Positions 1 to 9,800 of a stretch of 64,000 nucleotides of DNA are shown here, piece after piece. Source of the stretch: Candidatus Binatia bacterium (GTDB lineage Bacteria; Desulfobacterota; Binatia; Bin18); contig OY761159.2 of the NCBI GenBank assembly GCA_963664395.2, positions 896,001-960,000 on the forward strand, given 5' to 3'. Every line of letters starts with the position of its first letter. The first letter of the stretch is position 1. The position numbers and the translations under genes are program-made. The notes beneath the pieces were generated by a model, which was not told the DNA's origin, ran no database searches, and saw only the letters and a program-made list of their open reading frames with translations.

Positions 1-33
1 TTTTGCTTATCATTTGATCAGGGGTTTGGTCTG

Positions 34-402
34 GTGATCCTGGTCTGTGGATTGTCATTGATTTTTCAAGGGCCGATTTGGATATCATTTATAAGAAAGC
101 TTTATGACAAAGACGATCAGGTTTTACATTTCGTAGGATTAGGGTCAGGTCTTTTTTTATTTCCTGTGGCTGTGACTTTAATATGGAATGCCAATAGTGG
201 GGGGATCGATCCTTCTCTAATCACTCTCGTATTTTTATGGGTGATATTTATTAAATCCTTTTTGTTGATCGTGTGGCCTCAGCTTTTAATGAGACTGGGA
301 AAGCGGTTTTACGCCAATAAAAGCGAAAACGTCTTGAAATGGTATGTCAGAGTTTACGGAGTGTTATATATTCTATTGGGCTTATTGTTGATTTGGCTAT
401 AA
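34..402 (+). CDS. Small 4-TM membrane protein of unknown function, AT-rich; true start may lie upstream of the window
   Basis: 122-aa ORF with about four hydrophobic segments; visibly AT-richer than neighbouring genes. Confidence 0.6.
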   Translation: MILVCGLSLIFQGPIWISFIRKLYDKDDQVLHFVGLGSGLFLFPVAVTLIWNANSGGIDPSLITLVFLWVIFIKSFLLIVWPQLLMRLGKRFYANKSENVLKWYVRVYGVLYILLGLLLIWL

Positions 403-436
403 CCATTTATAAAACTTTTTTATCTTGTTTTACCGT

Positions 437-760
437 ATGGTAACGATTGAAGAATTCAGCAAAATCGAACTGCGCGTTGGGACCGTTACGTCAGCTGAGC
501 CTCATCCCAATGCCGATCGCCTGCTTGTCCTCAAAGTCGATATTGGCGAAGAGGAAGACCGCCAGCTCGTGGCGGGCATCCGGGTACATTATAGTCCAGA
601 GGAACTCGTGGGTCGGCAAATTGTTGTGGTCGCCAATCTTCAGCCGGCAAAACTGCGCGGGGTCGAGAGTCAAGGTATGCTCCTGGCGGCGTCAGATGGT
701 GAGCAAGTCATCGTCTTACGGCCAGAGAAGAGAACCCGGGCAGGTTCGCAGGTCAGATAA
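437..760 (+). CDS. Stand-alone tRNA-binding OB-fold protein (MetG C-terminal / CsaA / Trbp111-like)
   Basis: Motifs FSKIELRVG, HPNADRLLVLKVDIG, VANLQPAKLRGVESQGMLLAA; ATG at 437. Confidence 0.9.
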   Translation: MVTIEEFSKIELRVGTVTSAEPHPNADRLLVLKVDIGEEEDRQLVAGIRVHYSPEELVGRQIVVVANLQPAKLRGVESQGMLLAASDGEQVIVLRPEKRTRAGSQVR

Positions 761-790
761 AAAACAAAGGGGCACGACCCACCGTGCCCC
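759..790 (-). terminator. Probable intrinsic terminator for the leftward MCM-ADH-thioesterase operon
   Basis: GGGGCACG (769-776) / CGTGCCCC (783-790) stem followed on the minus strand by TTTGTTTTTT; lies between convergent genes. Confidence 0.6.
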
Positions 791-834
791 CTCCATAGCT
801 CCTATCATTGCTCAAACACTATGAGTGAGTTGCC

Positions 835-1215
835 TCACTGCCCGGAAAAACGGCTGATATCAATCACCGCGCGTTCGTGAATGCCCTCCCCGATCCTGGT
901 GCCGTCCTCGTTATGGACCTCAACCGTGAACTTGAGACGCCGGCCTTTGATTTCCTCCAGACTGACCTTGCCCGTCACCTGCTGGCCAATCTGGGTGGGC
1001 GCAAGATGTTTAACATCAACGTGGAAGCCGACCGTCTGTTCGCCCGCGCCCATATGTGGGGTGAGAAACTGCACGCAGGTGCCTTCCATCAATTGAATCA
1101 TGGCCGGAGTGGAATACATGCGGGGCGCATCCGGCCCAAGATGCACAATGCCCATCTCCGGCGTTGTCGTAATCGTCTGTTCGTAGCTCATACCAACTTT
1201 TAGCGAGTCTTTCAT
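835..1215 (-). CDS. Hotdog-fold thioesterase, fluoroacetyl-CoA thioesterase (FlK)-like
   Basis: STPAMIQLME, TVGFHVDVKHLAPT, IGEGIHERAVI motifs; GGAGG upstream of ATG at 1215. Confidence 0.85.
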   Translation of the reverse strand: MKDSLKVGMSYEQTITTTPEMGIVHLGPDAPRMYSTPAMIQLMEGTCVQFLTPHMGAGEQTVGFHVDVKHLAPTQIGQQVTGKVSLEEIKGRRLKFTVEVHNEDGTRIGEGIHERAVIDISRFSGQ

Positions 1216-1246
1216 GCTTTCCTCCACGGTCGTGTCGCAACTCCGC

Positions 1247-2329
1247 CTACGGCAGGAGCGATGCTCGGGTGACTTCTTTGCGGTCTGACTTTTCCAGTGC
1301 TTCACCGGCTTTCTCAAGCGGGAACTCAGCATCAACCAGCTCGTGGTACGGATACGTATCAATATGAGCAGACAGAAAATTCAGTGATTTATGCAAATAG
1401 TGGGGATTATAGGTTGCCACGCCAAACATCTGGAGGGACTTGAACGTAATGAGCGCCGGCGGGACTTCAACCGTCAGCCCCATGGAGATATTCCCGATCT
1501 CGATGACCCGCCCGCCATTGCGGACCAGGTTGATCGCTTCCAGAAATGCCTGGGGCACGCCAGCGACCTCCAGGACGACATCCGGACCCAGGCCGTCGGT
1601 CAGTTCCCGCACCCGCCCAACCCGCGCTCTGGTGTCGGTATACTCACGCATGTCGACGATTTCATCCGCGCCAAAGGCTTTAGCCCGTTGGAGTCGCAGG
1701 TCAATCCCGTCAATGGCAATGACCCGCGCGCCGCGCGCTTTCGCCACCGCCATGGCATGCAGCCCAAGACCGCCCGCGCCTTGGACCACGAGGGTTTCTT
1801 CATAACTGAGATGGGCCTTATCCAGGCCAAAGAAAACCTGAGACAACGCGCAGTTTGCAGCCGAGGCGGCGTGGTCGGGAACGTTATCAGGTACTTTGTA
1901 CACATGCTGGCCCGGCTGCATGTAGTAGTGCGTGGCAAACGGCGTATGAAAGTGCGGCGGGTCGTGCGGACCGGCGCGCCGCGCGCGAATACCCAGCACC
2001 ACACACGCAGCAGCATTCCCGACACGACAGTTCACACACTTGCCACATGTCTCGTAATAGACCGGAGCAATGCGGTCGCCTTCTTTTAATGGCTGGCCGG
2101 CCGTATCTTTGGTCACGCCTTTGCCGAGCTTATACACCCGACCCACCATCTCATGCCCAGGCATGACGCCACGCTTGCCAAACTCGCCGCGCCACATATG
2201 GACTTCAGAGCCACACACGTTTGTCCGACTCACTTCGGCCAGGATGGCCCCCTCTTCGACCTCCGGCAGGTCGTACTCAAAAAACTCAATCGTGCGCGCC
2301 TTGGGAATAAAACTGACCGTCCCCTTCAT
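1247..2329 (-). CDS. Zn-dependent alcohol dehydrogenase (MDR family)
   Basis: VCGSE, GHEMVG, structural Zn CGKCVNC...C, Rossmann GAGGLG. Confidence 0.92.
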   Translation of the reverse strand: MKGTVSFIPKARTIEFFEYDLPEVEEGAILAEVSRTNVCGSEVHMWRGEFGKRGVMPGHEMVGRVYKLGKGVTKDTAGQPLKEGDRIAPVYYETCGKCVNCRVGNAAACVVLGIRARRAGPHDPPHFHTPFATHYYMQPGQHVYKVPDNVPDHAASAANCALSQVFFGLDKAHLSYEETLVVQGAGGLGLHAMAVAKARGARVIAIDGIDLRLQRAKAFGADEIVDMREYTDTRARVGRVRELTDGLGPDVVLEVAGVPQAFLEAINLVRNGGRVIEIGNISMGLTVEVPPALITFKSLQMFGVATYNPHYLHKSLNFLSAHIDTYPYHELVDAEFPLEKAGEALEKSDRKEVTRASLLP

Positions 2330-2367
2330 GATACTCCTCCTGTTCGCATCCCCCCGGTGAGGGGGAT

Positions 2368-4035
2368 TCAGAATGTCGGCGGTCGATATTCGCCAAACTC
2401 GTTGCGTAGCGCGTCCGATATTTCACCCAGAGTGACATAGGCCCGCACGGCATCGATAATGGCCGGCATCAGATTGCCCCCATCCCGCGCCACCTGTCCG
2501 ACCCGGTCACACGCCGCCTGGGCCGCGGCTTGATTGCGTTCGGCGCGCACGCCGGCCACCCGTTCCTTCTGGCGTTCTTCCAGGGCCAGATCGACTTTCA
2601 GCAGCTCGTCGTGGTGGTCTTCCTCAACAGTGAAATCATTCACCCCCACAATGATCTGCTGCTTGGTTTCAATCGCCCGCTGATAGCGGAACGCCGCATC
2701 ATGAATTTCACGTTGCTGATACCCGGTCTCAATTGCCTTGACGGCCCCGCCCAGCTTGTCGATCCGATCGATATACTCAACCGCCTTGGCTTCCAGCTCA
2801 TCCGTCATGGATTCAATGAAATACGATCCAGCCAGGGGATCAATGGTATCCGCGGCCCCAGACTCGTGAGCGATGACCTGCTGGGTGCGGAGCGCAATCC
2901 GCACCGCGTCTTCCGTGGGCAGCGCCAGGGCTTCGTCTTTTGAGTTGGTATGCAGGGAGTTTGTCCCACCCAGGGCGGCTGCCAGAGCCTGGAGGGTCAC
3001 GCGGATAATATTATTGTCCGGTTGCTGGGCAGTCAGGGTTGAGCCGGCTGTTTGGGCGTGGGTGCGCAACATCCACGAACGGGGATTTTTGGCCTGAAAG
3101 CGTTCTTTCATAATTTTGGCCCACAGCCGCCGGGCCGCCCGGAACTTGGCTACTTCTTCAAAGAAATTATTATGCACGTTGAAAAAGAACGACAGCCGAG
3201 AAGCAAACGTATCGACGTCAAGCCCGACGGACTGCGCCGCTTCAACATAGGCAATGCCGTCAGCCAGGGTAAAAGCAATTTCCTGGGCCGCAGTCGAGCC
3301 GGCCTCGCGGATGTGGTAGCCGGAGATCGAAATCGTGTTCCAATTCGGTACCCGGTCAGCGCAAAACCCGAAAATGTCAGTGATAATCCGCAGGGACGGA
3401 CCGGGCGGATAAATATACGTCCCGCGGGCAATATACTCTTTGAGCAGGTCGTTCTGAATGGTGCCGCTGACCGTATCCCAACTCACACCTTGCTTTTCCG
3501 CCACCACCAGGTAGAGCGCCAGCAGAATGGCCGCTGTCGCGTTAATGGTCATGGAGGTGCTGACTTTGTCCAGCGGAATGCCGGCCAGCAGGGTTTCCAT
3601 ATCAGCCAACGAGTCGATGGCCACTCCGGCCCGCCCCACTTCTCCGGCGGCAATCGCATGATCGGAATCCCGGCCCATCTGCGTCGGCAAATCAAAGGCC
3701 ACGGACAGGCCGGTTTGGCCTTGAGCAAGCAGGTAACGATAGCGCTGGTTGGACTCCTCAGCCGTGCCAAAACCAGCATACTGGCGCATAGTCCAGAAAC
3801 GACCGCGGTACATGGTGGGTTGGACGCCACGGGTAAAGGGATACTGGCCGGGAAAGTCGAGTTTTTCCTGGTAGTCGCAGTCCTGGGTATCCTCGTTGGT
3901 GTACACTCGCTTGATTTCTATGCCTGACGTGGTCTCAAAGCGTTCTTTGCGTTCCGGAGAACGAGACAGAGCTTTACCGAGAATGGAGTCCTCCCAGGCT
4001 TGCCGGGCTGTTGTGACGGTATTTGAATTACTCAT
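2368..4035 (-). CDS. Methylmalonyl-CoA mutase, large (substrate-binding) subunit
   Basis: [15 protein letters not shown] (Tyr) and KEYIARGTY (Arg) match MCM rather than ICM/HCM specificity residues; no B12-binding domain. Confidence 0.92.
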   Translation of the reverse strand: MSNSNTVTTARQAWEDSILGKALSRSPERKERFETTSGIEIKRVYTNEDTQDCDYQEKLDFPGQYPFTRGVQPTMYRGRFWTMRQYAGFGTAEESNQRYRYLLAQGQTGLSVAFDLPTQMGRDSDHAIAAGEVGRAGVAIDSLADMETLLAGIPLDKVSTSMTINATAAILLALYLVVAEKQGVSWDTVSGTIQNDLLKEYIARGTYIYPPGPSLRIITDIFGFCADRVPNWNTISISGYHIREAGSTAAQEIAFTLADGIAYVEAAQSVGLDVDTFASRLSFFFNVHNNFFEEVAKFRAARRLWAKIMKERFQAKNPRSWMLRTHAQTAGSTLTAQQPDNNIIRVTLQALAAALGGTNSLHTNSKDEALALPTEDAVRIALRTQQVIAHESGAADTIDPLAGSYFIESMTDELEAKAVEYIDRIDKLGGAVKAIETGYQQREIHDAAFRYQRAIETKQQIIVGVNDFTVEEDHHDELLKVDLALEERQKERVAGVRAERNQAAAQAACDRVGQVARDGGNLMPAIIDAVRAYVTLGEISDALRNEFGEYRPPTF

Positions 4036-4345
4036 AACGCACCCTCAAATAAGCAGAAAAGCGGCGGGAAAATCAAACTGTTGCCTACAGTAAATCGGGC
4101 TTAGAGACAACCCTCATCCATGTTCCGCAGCCTCAAACCGGAAGGTCGCTCGCCAATTTCCTGGAGCCGAGACCGCATATCTTTCAACAGGTGGAGAGAA
4201 ACGGAGAATGCCCCCCACACTCGCCGCATGTCCTGAAACGCCTTGAATTCCAGGCGGTTACCGCCCGGGTCAGCGAGAAACAGCTTGTCCTCAGCCCCGC
4301 CGTGGTATAGGCTCCCGACGCCGTCTCTGCCAAAGAGTCCGACTC

Positions 4346-6586
4346 ATGCCGATGCGAGAAGAGGGCCTCAGGTTGATCGAACGACAGGAAGTGGAGAACC
4401 AGGCCCCGGCCGCAGCCAGCCGTGTCAGCCCGGTACCGCTGTTCACCGCAACACTGTTCGTGAGCGCCACACTCTTGTTCTGGGTTCAACCCCTGTTCAC
4501 CAAGATGGTGTTGCCGCTGCTCGGCGGCTCGCCGTCGGTCTGGAACACCGCCCTGGTGTTCTTCCAGGCCGTCTTGTTGGCCGGCTATGGCTACGCGCAT
4601 GTGCTCATTCGCCGGCTTGGTCAGCGCAGCCAGATCATCCTGCATCTAGGCGTACTGGCAGCCGCGGCTCTGGCGCTGCCGGTCGACGTCGCCCAGGGCT
4701 GGCGCCCCGATTCCGGCACACCACCCACAATATGGCTGCTCGCCCTGCTGGCCGCCTCAATCGGCGCACCGTTCTTCGCCGTGTCCGCGACCGCGCCGCT
4801 GCTCCAGCGCTGGTTTTCGCGCACCGACCATCCACACGCCCACGACCCTTATTTCTTGTACGGCGCGAGTAACCTCGGCAGCGTACTCGCCCTGCTGGCG
4901 TTTCCCTTCGTGCTCGAACCGCTGCTCAGCGGGCGCGCTCAGGCGGTCGCCTGGACCGTTGGTTTTGCCGTCCTGGCGGTGTGCATCGCCGGGTGTGGCG
5001 GCATGGTGTGGCGGCGCCCCGTCAGTGTCACGCCCACGCCGGAAACAGGGCGGCGCCCGAGCGGGCGTCAGCGCGTGGCCTGGATCGTCTATGCTGCGCT
5101 GCCCTCTTCCCTTTTACTGGGTGTCACCGCCCATATCTGCACCGACATCGCCCCTGCCCCCCTGCTCTGGGTAGTACCGCTGGCCCTGTACTTGCTCACC
5201 TTCGTAATCGCCTTTGCCCGGCGCCCGCCGATTCCGCACTGGTTTGCCGTGCGGGCCATGCCTCTGGCCTTGATGAGCCTGGTCGCCTCGTTCTGGTGGA
5301 ACCAGCCGATCGGGCTGTTCCTACCACTGCATCTTATGGCGTTCTTCGCCATCGCTCTCATGTGCCACGGCGAGCTGGTGCGTCGGCGTCCTGGGGTGGA
5401 ATCCCTGACCGAATTTTACCTGTTTCTGTCACTCGGTGGCGTCATTGGCGGCGCGTTCACCGCCTTGGGCGCACCGCTGCTGTTCAACTCAGTCTTCGAG
5501 TATCCGCTGAGTCTGGCGCTGGCCGCAGCCGTGCTGCCCAGTCCAAGTCGCCGGGCCAAGCGTGGCGACATCATCCTGGCGCTGGTCATCCTGGCCGGGT
5601 TGATCGGCGGCCAGGCACTGGCGACGAGTCTCGGTCGGCCGCTGAACTCCTTTGTTGTCGGCTGCATCTGCGCGGCCTTCGGGCTCGTCGTCTTCGCCCT
5701 CCGAGCCCGCCCGTTCGGCTTCGCGCTGTGTGTCGGCGCCATATTAGTCGGCGGCTCGTACGCCCTGATGAGCAGCCAGACCCTGTGGCGGGGGCGCAGC
5801 TTCTTCGGCGTCTACCGTGTGACCGAGTCCGCCGACCCGCCGACCCGCAGCCTGATCCATGGCACGACCCTTCACGGCGGCCAGCTGATGGCAGCCAACG
5901 GCGATATTAGCCCGACTAGCTATTACACGGCCTCAAGCCCGGTCGCCGAGGTGCTGAGCGCGACCCAGGCGCGGGACGACCGCAGCCAGCGTGTCGGTGT
6001 GGTCGGCCTGGGGGCCGGCTCGCTCGCCTGCTACAGGCGCGCCGGCGACGACTGGCGCTATTTCGAGATTGACCCGCTGGTCGTCTGGATAGCGGTCGAG
6101 AGCGGCTACTTCGATCTGATGCCGCGCTGTGCCAAGTCCATGCCCATCGTGCTTGGCGATGCGCGCCTCACCCTGGCCGAAGAGCCCGACGGACGCTTAG
6201 ACCTGCTGATCCTCGACGCGTTTTCGTCCGATGCCATCCCGATGCACCTGCTGACCCGCGAAGCCGTCGCGCTATACATCGACAAGCTCGCCGAGGACGG
6301 TGTGCTGGTGATGCATATATCGAACCTCTTTCTCAATCTTAAGCCGGTGGTCGCCCGCATCGTCGAAGAGCTCGGCTACGCGGCGCTGGGCGGCTTCCGC
6401 AATAAGATTGACCGCGAGACCGACGCCACCGGGACCGCGTCGCACTGGGTGCTGGTCGCCCGGCATCAAACGACGCTTGACAGCCTGGCCCTGGGCGAGG
6501 TCTGGCAGCCTCTCGAAACGCCGCCTGACCGGCGCGTGTGGAGTGACGATTTCTCCAACCTGCTCGAAGTGATCCACTGGAAGTAA
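4346..6586 (+). CDS. Fused MFS-like membrane domain / spermidine synthase-like SAM methyltransferase
   Basis: Multi-TM N-terminus (LPLLGGSPSVWNT); C-terminal HGTTLHG, VVGLGAGSL, LILDAFSSDAIPMHLLTREA, WSDDFSNL. Confidence 0.88.
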   Translation: MPMREEGLRLIERQEVENQAPAAASRVSPVPLFTATLFVSATLLFWVQPLFTKMVLPLLGGSPSVWNTALVFFQAVLLAGYGYAHVLIRRLGQRSQIILHLGVLAAAALALPVDVAQGWRPDSGTPPTIWLLALLAASIGAPFFAVSATAPLLQRWFSRTDHPHAHDPYFLYGASNLGSVLALLAFPFVLEPLLSGRAQAVAWTVGFAVLAVCIAGCGGMVWRRPVSVTPTPETGRRPSGRQRVAWIVYAALPSSLLLGVTAHICTDIAPAPLLWVVPLALYLLTFVIAFARRPPIPHWFAVRAMPLALMSLVASFWWNQPIGLFLPLHLMAFFAIALMCHGELVRRRPGVESLTEFYLFLSLGGVIGGAFTALGAPLLFNSVFEYPLSLALAAAVLPSPSRRAKRGDIILALVILAGLIGGQALATSLGRPLNSFVVGCICAAFGLVVFALRARPFGFALCVGAILVGGSYALMSSQTLWRGRSFFGVYRVTESADPPTRSLIHGTTLHGGQLMAANGDISPTSYYTASSPVAEVLSATQARDDRSQRVGVVGLGAGSLACYRRAGDDWRYFEIDPLVVWIAVESGYFDLMPRCAKSMPIVLGDARLTLAEEPDGRLDLLILDAFSSDAIPMHLLTREAVALYIDKLAEDGVLVMHISNLFLNLKPVVARIVEELGYAALGGFRNKIDRETDATGTASHWVLVARHQTTLDSLALGEVWQPLETPPDRRVWSDDFSNLLEVIHWK

Positions 6587-6591
6587 GGCGA

Positions 6592-6675
6592 TGCCGGGAG
6601 CGAGACTCGAACTCGCACGCTGTCGCCAGCGGTGGATTTTGAGTCCACTGCGTCTGCCAATTCCGCCATCCCGGC
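6592..6675 (-). tRNA. tRNA-Leu (anticodon CAA), CCA end not encoded
   Basis: Minus strand GCCGGGATGGCGGAATTGGCAGACGCAGTGGACTCAAAATCCACC...GTTCGAGTCTCGCTCCCGGCA; cloverleaf with long variable arm. Confidence 0.97.
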
Positions 6676-6840
6676 ATACGGGGGATATTAATGACTGAGG
6701 TGCAGTACCTGAGTCGTATCCAAAAAAGTCGTGCGGAATCTTACCCTCCAATCCGGCGTTCTGGCAAGCCCGTTCCGAGGTCGGTCGCGTCTCAGTTTCG
6801 CAGCCCCCTTCCCCTCGGTCGGCACGGTCCCTCTCCTACT

Positions 6841-6882
6841 TCCCCTCTCGGGAGGGGTGCCGCGCAGCGGCGGGGTAGGTTC
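6841..6882 (+). repeat. CCCCTC/GAGGGG double-hairpin REP-like repeat, copy A
   Basis: TCCCCTCTCGGGAGGGGTGCCGCGCAGCGGCGGGGTAGGTTC; near-identical to 12761-12802. Confidence 0.85.
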
Positions 6883-6888
6883 TACGGA

Positions 6889-9800
6889 GGGAATTATATA
6901 CGATAGTGCCGAAAGGATGGTTCACCGACCCAAGCTCCGATTCCAGCTTTGTTTTCGGGCTTCTGAAGTCGGCAGCCAGCCTCAAGAACCCACGCACCCT
7001 TCACAGCAATGAACGCTGCCGCGCGTCAGCTTTGCCGCCTTTGCTCTTGCGCTTTACGTCGAAGGCGCCGGCGGTGCGCAGGGTGTCGGCGCTAATGAGC
7101 GGACCGTTGCAGATGCGGGTGAGAAGGTCGGCTTGGCGACTTTCCAGGGCGACCAGACGGCCCAGGACATGGAGTACATTCAGGAGTTCCGTCGTGTATT
7201 CAGCGATCCAGCGGTCCGGCTGGATTTTCTCCAGGGGTGACGGGGGCCGCTTTTCACCGATGACGGGTCGTGTGCGGTCCTTCTTGCGGTAGCTGAACCA
7301 GTGGACCAGCACCTGCTTGCCCGAAACTTCGTACTGCCAGACCTCTGGCGGTACGTTGTCGATGAAGCCCTCACCCACCAGCAGGCGGCGCTTCCCGGCG
7401 TCATAGTCGATGCGGTCGGGCATCCGCTCCGGGTCGGGGGGGATGGTGCCGTCCCTGGGAATCCGCGGTCCTTCGCCCTTGGGCATCCGAGGCGCGCCGG
7501 CAGGTCGGCCGCTGGACGGGTCGGCGTATCGTTCGCCGAAGGTGTGCAGCCAGATTACCGCTTCGCCCAAGGCGACGGCTTCCGCGAAAAGGCCGGCGTC
7601 TCGGGTGAGAGGCAGGCGCAAGCCGGGTTGTACCAGATCGTCTTGAAAGCGGCGGGTGTAGCCGAGATGCGCCATGACAGCAGCCAGATAGGCCATGACC
7701 TGTTGACCGCAGACCGGCGTGCCAAGCTGCTCTGCCAGACAATCCAGGAAAGCCCCCTTCACGTTTGAAGCGGCGGCTTGGTTGTCGGCCCAGAGCGGAA
7801 AGACGCGCCCACCGCGCCCGTGATAGTGGTCGATGTCGCAGATTGAGGCGGTGAAGGTGACGCCAGGACCGCTTCTCGGAGAGGACTGGTGTAGGGCCGT
7901 TAGGAAAACCTGCTCGTCTGAGAAGCTTTCCCAAAGGGTTGGATTTGGCCGATTGATGATGCGGCCGTCCGGGATGATCCACTGCCGGTCAAACGACCGA
8001 AAGCCGTATCTTGTCGGGACGATACATTTCCCTGTGTCGGTCGCCACTGAGTTGGAGCGGAATTCGTGCCCATAGAGGCCGCTCTTCAATGGCTTGTTCA
8101 CATGCTTGTCACCGGGCTTCCCATTCACAAGATGAGGGTGAAAAAGTTCCTCCTTTTTGGAGGCGTCTGGCTCTTGCAGCAAAGCATCCCAGCGCGCTTC
8201 GAGCGATTGCTTGTCCGGGGCGATCACCCACACCCTGCCCGGCATCACGCCGGAGCCGTTGTATGTGAAGATGTCCTCTAAAGGCACAAAGTCGCCCCAA
8301 GCGCCTGTCGCCTTGGGCAGAAACGACGCGCGCGGCTCGTCCGGGCACGCGACCCAGCCGTCGTCTTCGAGGGAAATGCCGGCGAAGGCGGCGAATTTGT
8401 CCTCGCGGGTCTTGCCGTCCAGGTTGCGATAGCGAACCCGCGCGGGTCCGGGCGCCGCGGTTTGGCTCTTGCGCAGGGCCATGACGATGCAGACCGGTTG
8501 CTGAACCCCCTGAAAGACGCGGCTGCGAACGGGCGGCTGGTGGCCTTCCGGCGAGCAGTCGATCACCCAGATTTCGTCCGCCTTGGCCCGCAGGTCGGCG
8601 CGCATCTTTTGAAAGCCGGGGCCGTTCAGAAAGCCGGCCGCGGTGATGAAGCAGATAATGCCCGTCTGGTCGCGTTGCCGGCCTTTCTGCTCGGCAGGGT
8701 CGCCGTCGCCGAATACCTTCCAGGTGGCCCAGCGCCAGAAGTACACGTAGAGGTTGCGGAGGTGCTTGGCGTGCGCTCCGACGTTCCATTCGAGCGGCGG
8801 CATCCAGTCCGTGAGTGGTGCGGGTCGGTTGTCGCTGCCGTTCTCCACCCAGCCGCCCAGCCCCTTGGCGTTGGCCTTGTAGGGCGGATTGCCGATGACA
8901 ACGGTGATGCGCTCCTGCCGTTTGATCCGATTCGCTTGGCGGCGCGATTCGCCCAGCGGCATGAGGATTTGCGGGATGTGTTCCTCCTCGACGAACGGGT
9001 TGCCCAGGGTGTCGGTGACGAACAGGCGCATCGGGTCGGACCTGCCCGCAAACGCCTCGCCCGCAAGTTCCTTCAGCTCGGCCAGCAGGCGAAGCTGGGC
9101 CACCGCGAAGGGTCCAAGCTGTATCTCGAACCCGATCAGCCGTGGAATGGCGGCTTCGATCACCCCCGGAACCGCTCCCGGCCCTTGATCCGCTTCCGTC
9201 GTTTCGGCGATGCGCCGCAGCACACCCAGGAGATAGGTGCCGGTGCCGGTGGCCGGGTCCGCCACGGTCACGTCCGGCGAGGCCAAGCCTTCCGTCAGGC
9301 CAAAGTAGGCACTGGATTTCAGCGCTTCATCGACCAGCCGCACCATCGACATGACGACTTCCGGTAGAGTGTAGTACGACCCCGTCTTGCGCCGCAACTT
9401 GCTGTCGTAGGTGGTGAGGAACTTTTCGTAGAAGTAGAGCCACGCCTCCGGGTCGCCCTTGCTGATGACGTCCCAGTGCACGGCGTCCAGCACGCGCGTC
9501 AGGGTGGCCAACGAGGTTTTCAGGGGTTTCTGGTTTTCGGCGTCGTCGGTCAGGAGGCGCAGCGCCGTACCGATCAGGGTGTTGGTCTGGCGTAGCTCAT
9601 GGGCCACGCGGTCGAGGCCGTCGCTGAGGGTGATCTTGCGTGCCCGCGCCATGAGTAGCCCGAAAGTGACGGCCTGAGCGTAGCCGTCGGCAAAGGCTTC
9701 GTTCGTCGCGCTGGGGAACAGCAGCCTGCGCCAGTCGGTGGCGAGGTTGGTGAGCGGGCCGGAGCCCTGGTCCAGTTGCTCGGTCACTTCCTCACGTAAC

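Noticed and set aside
395-430. Integron attC site after the AT-rich ORF
   Set aside because: TAAC is present but there is no complementary GTTRRRY end or extended hairpin, and no integrase.
2368-4035. Isobutyryl- or 2-hydroxyisobutyryl-CoA mutase
   Set aside because: Tyr in RQYAGF and Arg in YIARGT are the methylmalonyl-CoA-specific residues.
4036-4340. Cobalamin riboswitch upstream of the mutase
   Set aside because: The conserved core and B12-box elements could not be found in the right order.
6887-6910. The inverted repeat as a dif/pdif or loxP-like tyrosine recombinase site (contains TATACGA)
   Set aside because: No XerD arm (TTATGTTAAAT) and poor dyad symmetry; the exact 8-bp flanking direct repeat is better explained by DDE transposition.
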